Counted from the stretch's first letter, positions 11,973-26,900 are shown. The stretch: 64,000 bases of DNA from Octopus vulgaris (GCA_951406725.2 OX597832.1:3720001-3784000), one strand, 5' to 3'. Notes: generated from the letters alone by a model not told the origin. Made by a program: numbers and translations.

Positions 11973-14900
11973 GTGAGTATTATTCAACTTTCAACTAATT
12001 TATTTATTATATCTTATTTATTGCAAAATTTTTACTTGATTGTGTGCAGGTTAGTGAGGAGTACACCCTGTATTGCTATTTAGTATCAATTATGAGGCAG
12101 CACGTTTGAATCTGGTCAAGCGGGTTAAATATTTCAACCTTCAGTTATCATTTAAAATTGTGGTGAATGGAAATATATTTCTTCGGCCAGTATATCTAGA
12201 AAAGTAAGGTAGTGTGCTAGCAGAATTGTCAGCACGCCGAGTGTGATGCTTCGTGGTTTTTCGTCTGTGTAAGTTGAATTTTTACGTTGCCGTATGGTTC
12301 AAGATTGTATTTGTTTTGTGTAATTGTTTTGGATTTTTGCTGTTCGCAGCGGTGGTGTTTTTTTAAGAAATGACAAGGAGGAACATGTATTCTGACCTCA
12401 GTGAGTCGGATCTATCGACTTCGGAAGAAAAACTAGCGAGGGCGGTCAACAGACTGGATATGGAGTTAGAAGGAAGAAGGACTTTCGCAGGAGCAATGAA
12501 ACCAACAAGAGGTTAACTTTCTAAGTTACCGGATGGCCAAAAATGGGTGAAGAAGGTAGGCGGTGACGTGGAATTGTCTCTGCCAAGGAAAACGATGAAG
12601 AGGTTTGAAATAAAAACTATAACATACAAAGTGTTTGCGACAGAAAAAGAAAGATAGATTCAGTCGAAATGGAAACCGCGGAGGAGGCATTATGGTCAAC
12701 AGCGGAGAAGGTAATATTCCTGACAAGAGGAAATAAGTATGGTACTGTCGTTGTGCAGTTCGAGTCGGAGGAAGTCGCTAGGAGGATGGCTGCAAGGACT
12801 ATCAAAACAGAAAAAGTATTCCTTCTGCCCTCGTATCTGGGAAGGAAGACGTCCATGATCAGGGTGGAAGGGATCCCGCGCCCGACATAGAAGCTGAATG
12901 GGTAGTGGGAGCCATCCTCATTGACAATGAGGATAAGGTAGATATACTTTAGGCCACGATTACGGATGAAGGCAACTGGAAGGGAGGAGTATTAGAGATG
13001 AGCGTCCAGGCGGAAACTGAAGTCCTGGAAAGCTTAACAGAAGTAATCACGATGGGAGACATAAGTCTGCGAGTATGGGTGGAGGGCGGAGCTCCTCGAT
13101 GTCTTAAATGTGGCATTTAATGTCACATAAGAGCTAACTGTCCTCCACCAGCGAAGGAACCAACGAAAGAACCTGTAAAAGTGGTAGAAGATACCCGGAA
13201 GCCGCAAGAGGAACAGAGAGAGGCAGAAGACGAAAAGATGGAAGATCAAGCAAAATGGGAAACCAATGGTAAAAGGAAGAAGAGAAAAAGAAAGAAGGCA
13301 AGTTATAATGAACCCCAACCCACCCCAGCACCACCCACACCCTCTTCGTCCCATCCTTCCCCTGCAGACACAAAACCTACCCACTCCCCGCCAATAAGAA
13401 AACAAAAAAGCAGACAAACAGCACAGCTTACAAAATTCCCCTCCCGTTATAGGTTTATTAGACAAGGAAGACGAGGACCTGTTGGAAATATTGAGGGACT
13501 GTGGTGAAGTTGAATTGCCGGATAATTGAGATGAGGAGGAGTGTATGGGGGTGCTATTAACGGGAAAACAAGTGAAAGAACTCGAAAATGAACTGAACAA
13601 TGTTTTTCTGTTAGTAAGAAAGGAAATAGACCCGGATAAGAAAAAAGAACTTGAAAAACAGTATGGGGTGAAAATAAGGGACTAAGTATTTTTCGAAAGA
13701 CTATAAGAGGAGGACATAGGAAAAGAGGACAGGTAAGTGATGTTATCCGATGGGGCGGGTAACATCACTTTCATCTTTTATTTTCACCCTCTCATTTTTA
13801 TCATGTTTTTTTTGCGCCTTATGTCCCCAGTGTGTTGTTTGTTTCTTATCTTTGTAATCCCGTTCTAGGTAATAAAGAAATTAGAATCGTTTGCCCGCCG
13901 AACAGAACGCTTAGCGGCATTTTGTCTCTCACTACGTTCTGAGTTCAAATTCCACCTAGGTCGACTTTGCTTTTCATCCTTTCCGGGTCCATAAAATATG
14001 TACCAGATGAGCACTGCGGTCGATGTCATCAACTTATCCCCTCCCACGAACTTGCTGCCTTTGTATCAAAATTTGAAATCAATATATAAAAAAAAAGTTA
14101 AATATAAGACAAATTATAAGTGTCTAGTCTAGTGTTTCTCAGCCAGGCGGCCTTCTCCTTCTACTAGAAGGGATTTTTTATCCGACTGGTGGAATGTTGA
14201 TTGGGAGTAGAATTGAAAACAATTTTATTTTATAGAAAATATCCTAACTTGTGTATTAGGATATGTTTCCATATTTGGTGGTGTACAATTGACAATGTTC
14301 GTTATAGTCTTCTAAGTTATAGAAACAAAATATAGAGAAATAAACAAATTTAATTCAATTTCAGTTCGCGCAATTGTAAATACAAAAGGTTTTATACTCC
14401 ATAGTGATGGAGTATATAATTCTGCCAAAGTAAAGAATAACTTTTAATTCATTTATTAATATTTAATTCGATGACAGTGTGAAATAAATTAAAACATGTT
14501 TTTCTCACTTGTGGGATGGATTAAACTGATGTCTATAGATATAAAGTGTAACTTAATATAAAACATTGATTTTAGAAATCCCATTCAAACACTTATCACA
14601 GAATAGAATTTTAGTAACTGTTAAAAAAAAAAAACCTTGCATTTATTTGAAAATTAGACTTTTGGCACTCTTAATATGTTATGGGATAACTGATTTCAAT
14701 TATGTTTATGCTACTCATTAAACTTTATTGGAAATATCTTCGAGAGGAAATAGTTATGAAATGTGAGGAAAGAAAATGTTTAACTCGTATGTGACTCAAG
14801 ATTTGGTGTGCCTCCCACACACTTCCTTGACGTCAACGATTTACGTCCTTTTATCAATGCTGTTACTTCCAGTCACACACCTACACACACATATGCAAAC

Positions 14901-17900
14901 ATACATATAAACACGTACATCTATGCAGATTATATTACTCCATATTGTTTGATAACCTTTTGCACATAGGGTGTTATCTATACGTAACCTAGAAGCAATA
15001 TGTATGCATGTACTCCTAGCATGAACAAAAACCTTAAAATATATACTCCGGTGGAGACATAACTAAGTCTCCTTCAACAACACAAAAAACAAACACAATT
15101 ATTGCACACATCAAGTAAACATGCAACTCAAAACTAAAAACCTTCGCAGTTTAGTATCGCTAATCCTAACAAATTTGACTTCATATCAACGTATTTACAA
15201 CAATAAAAACTGCACCTTCAATGTTTTGCTTTTCTCTTCAGCACCAGAAACTATTTCAGCTATGAAAAGCTTCTATACATGGCACAAATTACTTTGTAGA
15301 ACTTATTTATCTGGGATGAGGCACTACTGCACTCACATATATTCTACGCATTCATCTTGCCAAACAATGTATTACAAACTGATGCTAACATACTAATAAA
15401 CTGAAATGTGTTCTTTATCTGATACTTCAACTGTTCTTGTTCTGCTGGAGAATAATTATTTCCAAAAAGTTGAGAAACTTTCTTTGTATAATCTTTTACC
15501 ACAAATGTTATACTAAGATTTACAACAGCATTGTTAAGTACAGAGCATTAACTCTTGTATCTCAAGCAAGTCCGCCTCGCTCAGCTTCGAGTATTCAAAA
15601 GCAGACAAAACAGTAGAAAAGAAAAGCGACATGCCACAACTTTCACACTACATTCCATATCACAAACCACTACAAGTTGACGTGTACAGTATAGTCCTTA
15701 ACTTGATGGAAGCAAGGAATATCTGATCTGTGAGTTGTAGCTATTTATTTGAACATTTGTTTCCGTTCTATAAAAAATGCGTGATTAGGACTGACTTAGA
15801 GCCATACAATAGCAACAAATTTCAAAGTTGCTATATATGAGTTTCACATATTCGGATAATCTCCCTGACGACCTCATATTCTTATAACTTTGTCAAACCT
15901 GCATCCCAAATACTAGTCTTCCTCTTGGAAGCAAGTAAATAGCAGTTCATTGCTGTTAAATTGCTGAAAACATCAAGTGTGATAAACATGGACATGACAT
16001 ACTGTACACACATCCAAAAGTTCCCGACTGATTCTGATTCTAGCAAACACGCACTGTCTCCCTCTCTCATTTTATCGATTCCAATGAAGATAAAAGAGAA
16101 ACTCAAGTTAAGATTTGAACTCCGAATGTAAAAGAACGAAAGAAAATACCACATGACATTTTGTTTGAAGACCTAGTGATTCTATACTGATAATTACAGA
16201 TAACTTTTACTTACTATTTTGTAGAAAAAAAAAATTCTATTGAGAAGGTATTCTGTAAATTCTGTTGATTTATTATTTTCTCCTTTTCTACCTCCCAACT
16301 CTTATATAACTACAATTTTCAAATTCTGCAATTCTGGTAACATGTTTCGGTTTGATTTTAATTTTTCTCATTGGTTTCAGTCATTAAACTGAGGCTATAA
16401 TGGGGCCCTGCTTTCAAGGGTTGGGTCAATCGTTTCGATCCCAGTCTTTATTGGAGTCTGACACATATTTTGTCAATCTCTATTTATCGAACCTTTAGGT
16501 TAAGTTAAATATAATAAGCTTACAATATCAGTTTTTAACAAGTGTAAACTAAAATACGGACATACGAAGACAACGGACTTCTGTGCTATTTCCGTCAATA
16601 CAATTACACCTCAAATGGTAAACCTGAAGTGGAAGATACTTGAGCATGGTGCTGCACAGTGAGATCGAATCTGGAACAATGTGGTTGGGAAGCGAACGCC
16701 ATAATCAAACAATTACGCATGCGCTTAATATTTGAAATAATATTTAACTTCCCTGATTAATTCTTTTCTCTCTCTCTCTCTTCCCATTCAAGGATGCTGA
16801 AGCCAGTACGAACTTAAATGGTAACTTTGGGGACTCAGATCCCATGCCTGATAATACAAACCCTAGAAATAGGTAAGAATATCACAACTTTAACGATCGT
16901 CATATACGAAATATGGTTTCTTATTTTGTCACAAATTATTATTTTACAAGAAAAAGTGCATCAACTTTGTTTTATCACTGGTATTTCATCAGCTTTGAAG
17001 GAATAAGCGGTAAGAGGATCTGCTGGTGTTTAACACAATATAAAGGGGCGTAATTAAGTATTACAAGACATTTAGTTCGGCACTTTACTGTTACTGTATA
17101 TATTTGAAACAGGTTTTTCAGTAGTCACTTGACTTTCTAGAATTAATAGCCAAATCTCTACTGTTTGAAAATCTATTATATAAAATCCGTTCTGTCTGTC
17201 TGTGTGTGTGTCTTTTAGGATCTCGAGCATCCTCCATCCGATTGCGCTCAAATTTGATATGTAGATACCAACGGGGTCAGGGCGTATATTAGTCTTGAAA
17301 AAATTACAAAAATCGATTCCAGGTGAGAATGCGATCGATAAAGCCGTGGGAACGTGCTTTTGTACGCGCAAGTACATCAGCTGTTTCGATCGATATTACG
17401 CGTACGCGAGAAAAATGCACGTGCAGTTTGCGCAAAAAAGCCGGCCTGTTTGGTGTCTCAAATTTAGGTTAAATCAGTGTTTCTGAAAGGGGAGGCCTAT
17501 GAGACGGTCGGACAAGTTGTTTTGACAAAATTTGGTTTAAATGTTTGACAACTCAGCACCATCCATTGGACGAGGGGGGGGGCGTTTTGCTCGTAAAATA
17601 TAAAAGAAGAAAAAAAGCTTTTGATAATGTAATCCTATACACATATCTCAAAATATGACGGAATGGCCATGTCTGTGAGACTTTTGGTAATAGGAATGCT
17701 TGTTTAATATCCACTTGGAGCTAAACAACAACAATAACAAGTGTGTGCGCGTGTAATTTTTTGTTTTAATCACCAAATCGGAGAAATTAACAAGGATAAT
17801 GATAAACTATAAAAACAATCTAGAAAGGAACCTGTTTCTAGAACAAATTATATTTAAAATAACAAAGGCTAATTATAAAATTCTAAAACAATGGTACCTT

Positions 17901-20900
17901 TTGCTAAATTTCAGATGACATTCTTTGCAATAGAATTCTTGTCAGAAGGAAGAAATAAAAAAAATTATAGCAAGTTATTTTCGTATTTTTAAGAATCTCT
18001 GTTTTATGCAGAACAACTCTAAATGGAAAGAAGAAAATATATTTTACAGTTTGTAAGAACTTTAAAAGAAAATGAAAACCACATTAAATTTTCCAGCAGG
18101 GATTTGTTAAAGAAAATGTAACAGATGGTTTGTGTCAGTCATATATGCTATGGGAGTAGAAAATGTTTGGGCAGAAATTTAATATGTAAAACTTTAAAAC
18201 AAAAAGAAGAAAAACTATTGCAAACTATTTTTAAGATGGAAAAGTCTGTTATTTTACTTTATATATCTTAAAACAATACAACAATTGACTATCAAGAAGA
18301 AGCCATGAGATTATTTTCGTTTTTTACCCTCCTAAAATTCACAAAGCTGTAAATAGATACTTTGCTGCAACTGCGTAGGCACGGTATAACAGACGGTTGT
18401 TTTGTTAGCTTTTGGTGCAGGATTTATTGTCACTAATGGGCGATGACTGCGGTAGATTGTCATCCATCTTATCAAGTTAAAAGGAGAAAGAAAAACTTAC
18501 ATCAACCACTTGACTTCACAAAAAATAACTATAAAACAGGCTACAAATGACTACATTATCTTAGATTAATATCGATAGATAAAATAAAGGTGTTTTAAAA
18601 TCCATCTGTCTGTATTAATATGACAACCGCAAGTTGGCCAAGGATCGTATTCTCCAGAGCCAAAAACTTTTACCCGTTGTATTAAAGCAATCTCTTTCTC
18701 TTCACTCCGTCTCTCCGCCACTAAGTTCACCATCAACACATGTTGTGCTATATATACCAGCCATATAGGTTGCCGCATTGTCTTTGCTTGTCGTGGTATT
18801 ACTGAACCCCTTTCCAGTTATCTTGATAAATTATTATCACCCTGCTCTTACACATTGAGAACACTAACCATGCCTTTAATCTTAATTCTTTCTCTTGTCT
18901 ATTGAACCATTGCAACTCATATTTACCATGGATGTAAAAATCAATGTACGCTAGCATCGTCCGCAGATTTATTCCTTAAACATTTCTTTGACCTTCGCTT
19001 CTCATTAAAACTTAGGATCACCATTTTTTCTCTGCTTAACTGAAGTTGTTTTTACCTTCAAATGTTTTTCCTTCTCTGACGAGTTCAGTCAACAAACTAC
19101 CGCAGAGGTTATGGGTATTAGGACGAGCCCTCAGTTATGCCAATCGCTTTATAGGCCATATAAGGATATTATTCTACTTCATTAGGTTTACCATTGATTT
19201 CTATCAGTTATACGATACAGTCACCGTAATCGGCCTTACTGCACTCTCAGGGACGAACTCATTGCCCTCATTTCAACACTTTCCACCTATCTGGGGAATT
19301 TATACCTACCGTCTCAAAACCTTCTGTTAACTTCCTAGCTATCTATGTTACTATCAATAGCCTTACGTTTCCATCTCTATTCATTGTAAACCTACTGACT
19401 CGCAATCTCACCAGACTGGAATTTGCCTCCTCTCACTCTATTTACACTAGAACTGCTATCTCATCCCATCCCCCACTAAAATCAGTGTACTATAAACACT
19501 TGGATTTTGGATTTTCTTTTCAAATTCGACAAAATCAGTCATTTCTTATTCTGCCTCATTCTGCACTCCAGTGATTCCATGCTACTGACACAGTCTCCGC
19601 TCCTTCTACTCTTAACGAACACATTACAAGACAAAGTTCCTTTCTCGATAACCTTTCACTTGTCCACCTTGCCTTTCTAACGAACCAACCATCGCAATTT
19701 TCATTGCCAGTTCACAGAATCTCTAACTGCTTCTTTCCTACCCCCCCTCTTTTGAAAAAGAGACAACTTTTGTGACTTTTCAGTAGCTTCATTCCCTCCG
19801 GTAATTCTATATACCACTGCTGCTTTTAAAATGTGTTGAAGCTTTTAAAATAACTTCCGGCTTCTTAAACAGTGGGAAATGGTTAAGATACATAAAAACA
19901 GGTGGCCTGAATGTGTGTATATTACGCAATGATTGCATAAATTCATGAAAAATATTGTAACTCTTTAAGATCTTAACTGTAAATTGTATTAAATTAAACT
20001 CTGCCAATCCAGTTTTCAGTGCGCCCCTGTCTTATAAATGCTAAACTCATCATATACCCACGCACGTACACACACACACGCACACACATACAAATGGTGA
20101 GTTTTTGTGTCCTCTCACTCTTTTCTACCCTCTCCTTTCCACCTCTTGTTACAGACTACATTTTGTCCATCTTCTCTCAGGACAATTTTTGTCTTTATAG
20201 TTCCCACCATCCCTTAGAGACTTCATTTTATTCATTCATTAGACTCTGTCCATTTCTTAAAAATCATATTCCAATGCTATCTGACCCTTTTCTCCTCCCA
20301 CCTTGTTTATGTGTGTCTGTGTCATTACGTATGTCTCCTATTCGCCTATTTATACTTACCCCATCTCACTTGATCTGGTTCTCACAAACTCTATGATCCA
20401 CCCTACACTTTTAGTTTTTACCCTCATACAGTTACCCTCACTCATTTATCTTTCCCCCACTTTTCGTTTCCCACATCAACCTCTCTGCATAATTACTATA
20501 CACTACTTAATTCCCAAACCGCAACACTAACATTCTTCTCTGTTTGATGAAGAACAAGCGTCCAAAACGTTAGATTTCGCTTCTTTTTCACGGTCTAAAA
20601 ACAGACACTGAAACTGATTCGAAGACTTAACGAGTCTGTTTTACTTTACTTTTTCAAATTGATACTGATATCTAATGTTGGTTTCAACTTTAGGTACAAG
20701 ACGAGCAAGTTTGGGGGAGCGGCTAAAGTCGATTACATCGACCTCAGTGTTTAAGTGGTACTTGTCTGTCGACGCCGAAAATATGAGAAGCAAAGTCGAT
20801 CTCGGCGGAATTTGAACTCAGAACGTAAAGACGGACGAAATGCCGCTAAGCGTTTCTCCTGACGTGTTAACGATTCTGCCAAGCTCGCCTCCTTATACTT

Positions 20901-23900
20901 ATATCTAATATTACTGCTATACGTAAGGCGGCGAGCTGGCAGAAACGTTAGCACGCCGGGCGAAATGCTTAGCGGTATTTCGTCTGCGTTACGTTGTGAG
21001 TTCAAATTCCGCCGAGGTCGACTTTGCCTTTCATCCTTTCGGGGTCGATAAATTAAGTACCAGTTACGCACTGGGATCGATATAATCGACTTAATACCTA
21101 TGTCTGTCCTTGTTTGTCCCCTCTGTGTTTAGCCCCTTGTGGGTAATAAAGAAATAGGTATTTTATCTACCGTTACGTTCTGAGTTCAAATTCCGCCGAG
21201 GTCGACTTTGCCTTTCATCCTTTCGGGGTCGGTAAATTAAGCACCAGTTACACACTGGAGTCGATATAATCGACTTAATCCGTTTGTCTGTCCTTATTTG
21301 TCCCTTCTGTGTTTCGCCCCTTGTGGGTAGTAAAGAAATAGGAAAGGCGGTGAGCTGGCAGAAACGTTAGTGCGCCGGACGAAATGCTTAGCGGTATTTC
21401 ATCTGTCGCTACGTTCTGAGTTCATATTACGCCGAGGTCGACTTTGCCTTTCATCCTTTCGGGGTCGATAAATTAAGTAACAGTTACGCACTGGGGTCGA
21501 TATAATCGACTTAATCCGTTTGTCTGTCCTTGTTTGTCCTCTCTGTGTTTAGCCCCTTGTGGATAGTAAAGAAATAGGTATTTCTTCCGAGTTTGTGGTC
21601 TGAGTTCAAATACTATCGGGATCGACTTTGCCTTTTATCCTTTCGGAATCGATAAAAAATAAGTACCAGTTGAGCACTGGGATTGATGTAATCGACTTAG
21701 CACCCCCACCTAAATTGCTGACCTTGTGCCAAAATTTGAAACCGATATAACTGCTATGGCTAGATACGGTCTAATTTTAACCAATCATTCATTATCTAAT
21801 CAATCATCAGATACGCTTCTTAAAGAACCAGACATCTCTCACTACTTTAATGATGATAGATATTGCAAAGCTTAAGTATCGGCTGAAATAGTTTTACCCC
21901 TATCATATTGATATATAATTAATTTCGAGTGTTCGGTGAATCTAATATTCATATGAAACGTTTTAAAGTTAATATGAATCTGTGCATTGGTCATTTCAGC
22001 TAGTGTTCCTAAGTTCCAATCTCAACAGAACTCACTTGGCTCCTGAAAAATCGACTATTCTCTCTTCTGCAAATAATGGACTTGTTTAGTCAAAAGAAAA
22101 TAATCAAGTGCGATAATCAATAGCTAACTGCTCTTCTATTTTTAATAAATACGAATTGATGGATTTTCTAAACCTGTTAATTATGTGTGCGGAGTGTGGC
22201 GTACCTTGTGACGTATGTTGTAAGCAATAGATAAATGGTTCGAGCCTCGTCTTTTATTGTTTTTCCTAGAGGGACAAGAGAGACCATGGATGCTGCACAT
22301 CTTCCCTGACTAATTAATAAAAATGAGTAAATAAATGAGTAAGTAAAGTAGGAATAGAAACCAGATTCTAGGATTCGGTTTTGTCGGTAACTTTCATCAC
22401 TCGATAGAGGTAAATACTTAAAGAATAGGTATTACAGTTAGGGGATATATTGGATCTTTTTTTATCTCAAGCTAACCCTAAAATAGTTTTTTTATGGCAT
22501 AAAGAAGTTTTGTAAAGGCGATGTTGTTTTTGGCTGAGGACTTTAAAATCGTAAAATTAAAATACATTCTTTTGACACGGACAAGTTGTGTGTGTGTTGG
22601 ACGAATAGATTGAAATGGTTCATACTTCGTAATGGCATTTAATAAAAGTGAATTACTGCTCTAATTACGTTAAAATATCCTATACAGTGATTAACTTCAG
22701 TTCTATATTTAAGACATGAGAAATTATGTACACTATTTACATTTGACGGATATTTGTCCTCATCTTGTTTGTTAACACAACGTTTCGGCTGATATAACCT
22801 CCAGCCTTCATCAGGTGTCTTGGGGAAATTTCGAACCTGGGTTCTCATTCCTATATGGGGTGGGTGGGGTTAATGAAAGATGTGATGTGTATGTGTTAGG
22901 AATGAGAACTAAGGTTCGAAATTTCCCCCAAGACACCTGATGAAGGCTGGAGTGTATATCAGCCGAAACGTTGTGTTAACAACAAACAGGATGAGGACAA
23001 ATATCTGTCAAATGTAAATAAAGCGATTAATTTGACCATAATTCTTAAACTAAAAAATGTATTGAGTTTTCTGATGGATTTTAACCACGTTTGCATGCAA
23101 GGCATGTGTAAACAGGTTGCTGCCATGTTAACTCTACGAGCAATCCAGGTGTTAGTGATAGGTTCAGTACAAAATCTTTTTAATAAATGATTTTCTGACA
23201 ACTCCTAATCTATTTCTGGTTTCAGTTGTATTAAGATACATAAGTTTCCCATCTGTCGAGGTACGATAGCTTCGCTGTTAAGATAACGTGAAAGCTGTTA
23301 GCTTTCAGTTAACTCTACAAGACAGTGGTCTGAATTTAGCGACAGATCTCCTGCCTTAATGAGAAAGAAAACTATTACCTGAAGTTATCTTTCGTATTTG
23401 CCAGAAAAAAAGAGACAAAAATATTTGTCTTCGACTTATATTTTTTTCTTTTTTGCCGCGTATATTTTAACTTTTAATGCTTCATATATAAAATTGCTGA
23501 CACAGGCATAATCGTAGTTTATCTGGAGTAAAGTACTTTGATCGGGACATCAATTCATGACCTCGATGTTTCTCCCTTGCGAATATATATAGAAAGATAA
23601 AAAGAAAATATTCGAGGGAATTACAGTTGAAAGTATAAACATCACATGCGTGAGAGAGAGAGGGGGGAAAGGAAACTAAGGAAGTTCAACCTCATGATGA
23701 GAACTGACTGATATATCTTTATACGCTAGATATTATGCAATAGTTATATGGTATCATGAGTAAAACTCTTTTGAAGTGGTAGCTTCCTGCTTGGATTCTT
23801 TCCAACAGATGTTATTAAATAAAAAAAATAATAAAATATCCTTGAATTTCCGTCCTGAGACTTAAGCTTAGGGAACTACATTTCCGAATGCTAAAAAATA

Positions 23901-26900
23901 TATTTTCCCTAATGAAATTTAAGAAATTAAATTAAGGTGGTTTAGTTTTTCTGATTTACTAGTATAGAAAGACGCGTGTAAGTGGTACATACAGTTGTAT
24001 ATGGGGGGGGGGACGAATGACAGATGTAATGTGTATGTGTTGTAATAAGAAGAATGCTTACAAGGGTTAAGAGACAGAAATGAAGGAGAGAAGAAAACAA
24101 TGTTATATCCCCACCTCAAAACTTTTATTGCCGTTAATCCAGTTACGAAAAGCGTTTCGTAATTTAGAAGCATACTTAACTTCAAGTACTTATTTAGCTT
24201 TTAGGTCAAAATTCTGTGTACCCCGAACTGTTTTTCTAATAGAAGTTGCAGCTGTAGCTATTCAGCTACAGACACTCTCAGAGAGGTCATTGAAGCGGTA
24301 TTTAGTCTGTCCCATTTGTTTTGAGCAATAACTTTTAGTTCTAGTTTCGAGGTTACACTATAGAATAATACGTGACTGTTACCAATTTAAACGCATCTCA
24401 TCATCTGTTATATTTTCTCATACATCTGTTGTGTAAAACAGTCTACGCCCACAATGTTTCTACTATTTTCTTACCTTCCCATCTAGCATTTACAAAAACA
24501 CAAAATTTCATAGACGTACGCAAATAGCTCAAAAGCACTCACCACCATTCCTATTATATCAAGGATAAAATTGTTCTTTATTACATCATAGAAAGTATGT
24601 CAACGTTGTTTGCAATCCTTTATAGTTAGCTAACATAACTAAACGTTTTACTGGATATATAACAAATCTCACTCAAAGGAGATACAAACAATTTGTTTTG
24701 AAGTTTCAAAGAAGTTGAAAAATAACCTAAAACGATCTTTTCTTCTGGAAGTAATAATTTCTGAAATCTGGTAACAAATTTTCCAATAGTCGACAGATGT
24801 CATCCCTTTTCACTGATCATAATTATACAAACAGTTTCTACTGAAGTTTTGGCTTTTGTCTTCTGTGAATACCATATTCTCACATGTTAGCTGGAGGTTA
24901 CGGAGCATAAAAAGAATGTTGTGATCTTTACGCATTACTTTAAAACATAAATTATATAAAAAGTCTGTCTGCAGTAAACTTACTACTCTATTCTGAGAAA
25001 ATATCCTTTGTAAAACTATTGATTCCAAAGTAATTTCATATATAAATTTAACCATTCTTCAATGTTTTCTTTTATAAAGTTATCCTTTCCAAAACAAATT
25101 CTTTATAGTGTTACCATATAAATATTGTAGAATTATTTCTGTGTGGTTCTTTTCTAGTCACGGTACCCACTGTGCAGGAGTAGTGGCAGCAGAAGCGAAC
25201 AATAGTGTCTGTGGTGTTGGCGTAGCGTATGATGCCAAAATAGGGGGTAAGATATATTATCCTTTTTGTAAGTGTTTGTTCTGTTTTTATGTGTTTCTTC
25301 TATTTATTGTTCTTATCCACAAAAGTAAAGCGACAAGCTGGTAGAATCGTTACTGCACAAGACAAAACGTTTACCGGTATTACTTTCGGCTCTTTAAGTT
25401 CTGAGTTCAAATTCCGCCGAGGTCGTCGGCGTCTTTCATCCTTGCGGGATCGATAAAATAATTACTAGTTGAACACTGGTACTCTGAACCAAAATTTGAA
25501 ACAATTATTCAATAGCTTTGCTAACAAAGGCATGTAATGACGAAATTTAATGTGAAGATGCATCATAGAAGTGAGTGAATGAATAATATTACTTGACTGA
25601 TTATTAATGTGGCCATTTATTATATATCAATTATTGTGACAATATTGAAGGTGATTATAATACAAATCGTTACAATATATGCAACTTCGTCGAGTTGTTT
25701 GTATATACAGTTTGTAGATCTCCATTCTGTAAGATAGTTATTTAGTTTCATCTCTGTTACTGCTAGAGAGAAAGACAGTATGCTGTTAGTAACGGTAAGA
25801 AGTTTGCTTTTTCTGGTCAATCTCTCAGTGCATTTGATAAAGACCATACGCTGAGAACTTGTTTGACAATGTGGAAAAATGTGGATTCAGTTTCGAGTCT
25901 TAGCTGAGGCATTCTGTAGCTGTTTGTTATATTACCCTCGTTTCAGATAATTTGTCGAAAACGAATTTTCGAAAATTGGAAAAATTGCAGGAATGTGCAC
26001 TATGAAAATTGAAGAACGTTCGAAATTCTGAATACATAGTATGATGTTATAGATTGATGTAGTGCCAGGCAAGCACTTTCTGGAATACAATTTGGTTATT
26101 CAGTGGAGTGCATCGCAGTCAGTTGTCTTGGTTTCATAGAAAGTTGTAGTCGTTCGAATCATGAGAATGGAAAATTTCGGTAATTTCCTACGAAGGCTGT
26201 AATTCTTTTAAGGCAGGACTATTTGTCAGAAAGTCGATGCTTATTGTCCAATGATTATTATTCAACACTCTACTGATGCAATCTACTTGATTCCCATTAA
26301 AAATATAAGTATGATAATTCTTTAAATTAATTTTCTATTTCCTTTAAATTCATCATTCAATAAATCTTATTCACAAATTTAATCCGCCATAGAACGTTAA
26401 CTTAGAATTATACAAAGCGGCTACTTCGTTTCTCACATGTCAGTATTGGAATAATGATTAGAGATCATTAAAGGGATCTTTTGACTAATGGATATACAAC
26501 TAACGGATGTTAAACTACTTAGTGTTGGTCTAACAATTGTTGGACTGTTGAACGCTTGATTATTGATTTCCATTGATTATTTATATTTTTGATTGATAGA
26601 ATATATATCGTTGAACTAATGATTGAATGTAAGATTTATGATTGTAGAGCTAGTGATTTGGACTGTTGATTCGACTGATTATTTAAACTGGTGATTGTCA
26701 GAATGATAGTTATTATACTAATCCTATCCGAATCAAGGATGGTTAGGCTAATGACTGTTAGAGTCAGGATTATAGAAATGAAGATTTTTCGACTGTTGAG
26801 AGCGACATGATTATTGAAACAATGGTTGGACTGATGATTTTCGGGGTAGGGGTTGTTTAATCATTATTAAACTAATTATTGTTGGAATAATGAATGTTGT

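Larger units (their letters stand above)
22734..23020. repeat. Inverted repeat of a Penelope-type terminal sequence (about 120-bp arms, 43-nt spacer)
   Basis: 22734-22853 is the near reverse complement of 22897-23020. Confidence 0.9.

Noticed and set aside
14130-16050. Possible hAT transposase relic
   Set aside because: Only vague motifs, in inconsistent order; not supportable without a search.
20925-21749. CRISPR-like array
   Set aside because: The units are ~190-230-nt SINEs without unique spacers, in a eukaryotic context with no cas genes.
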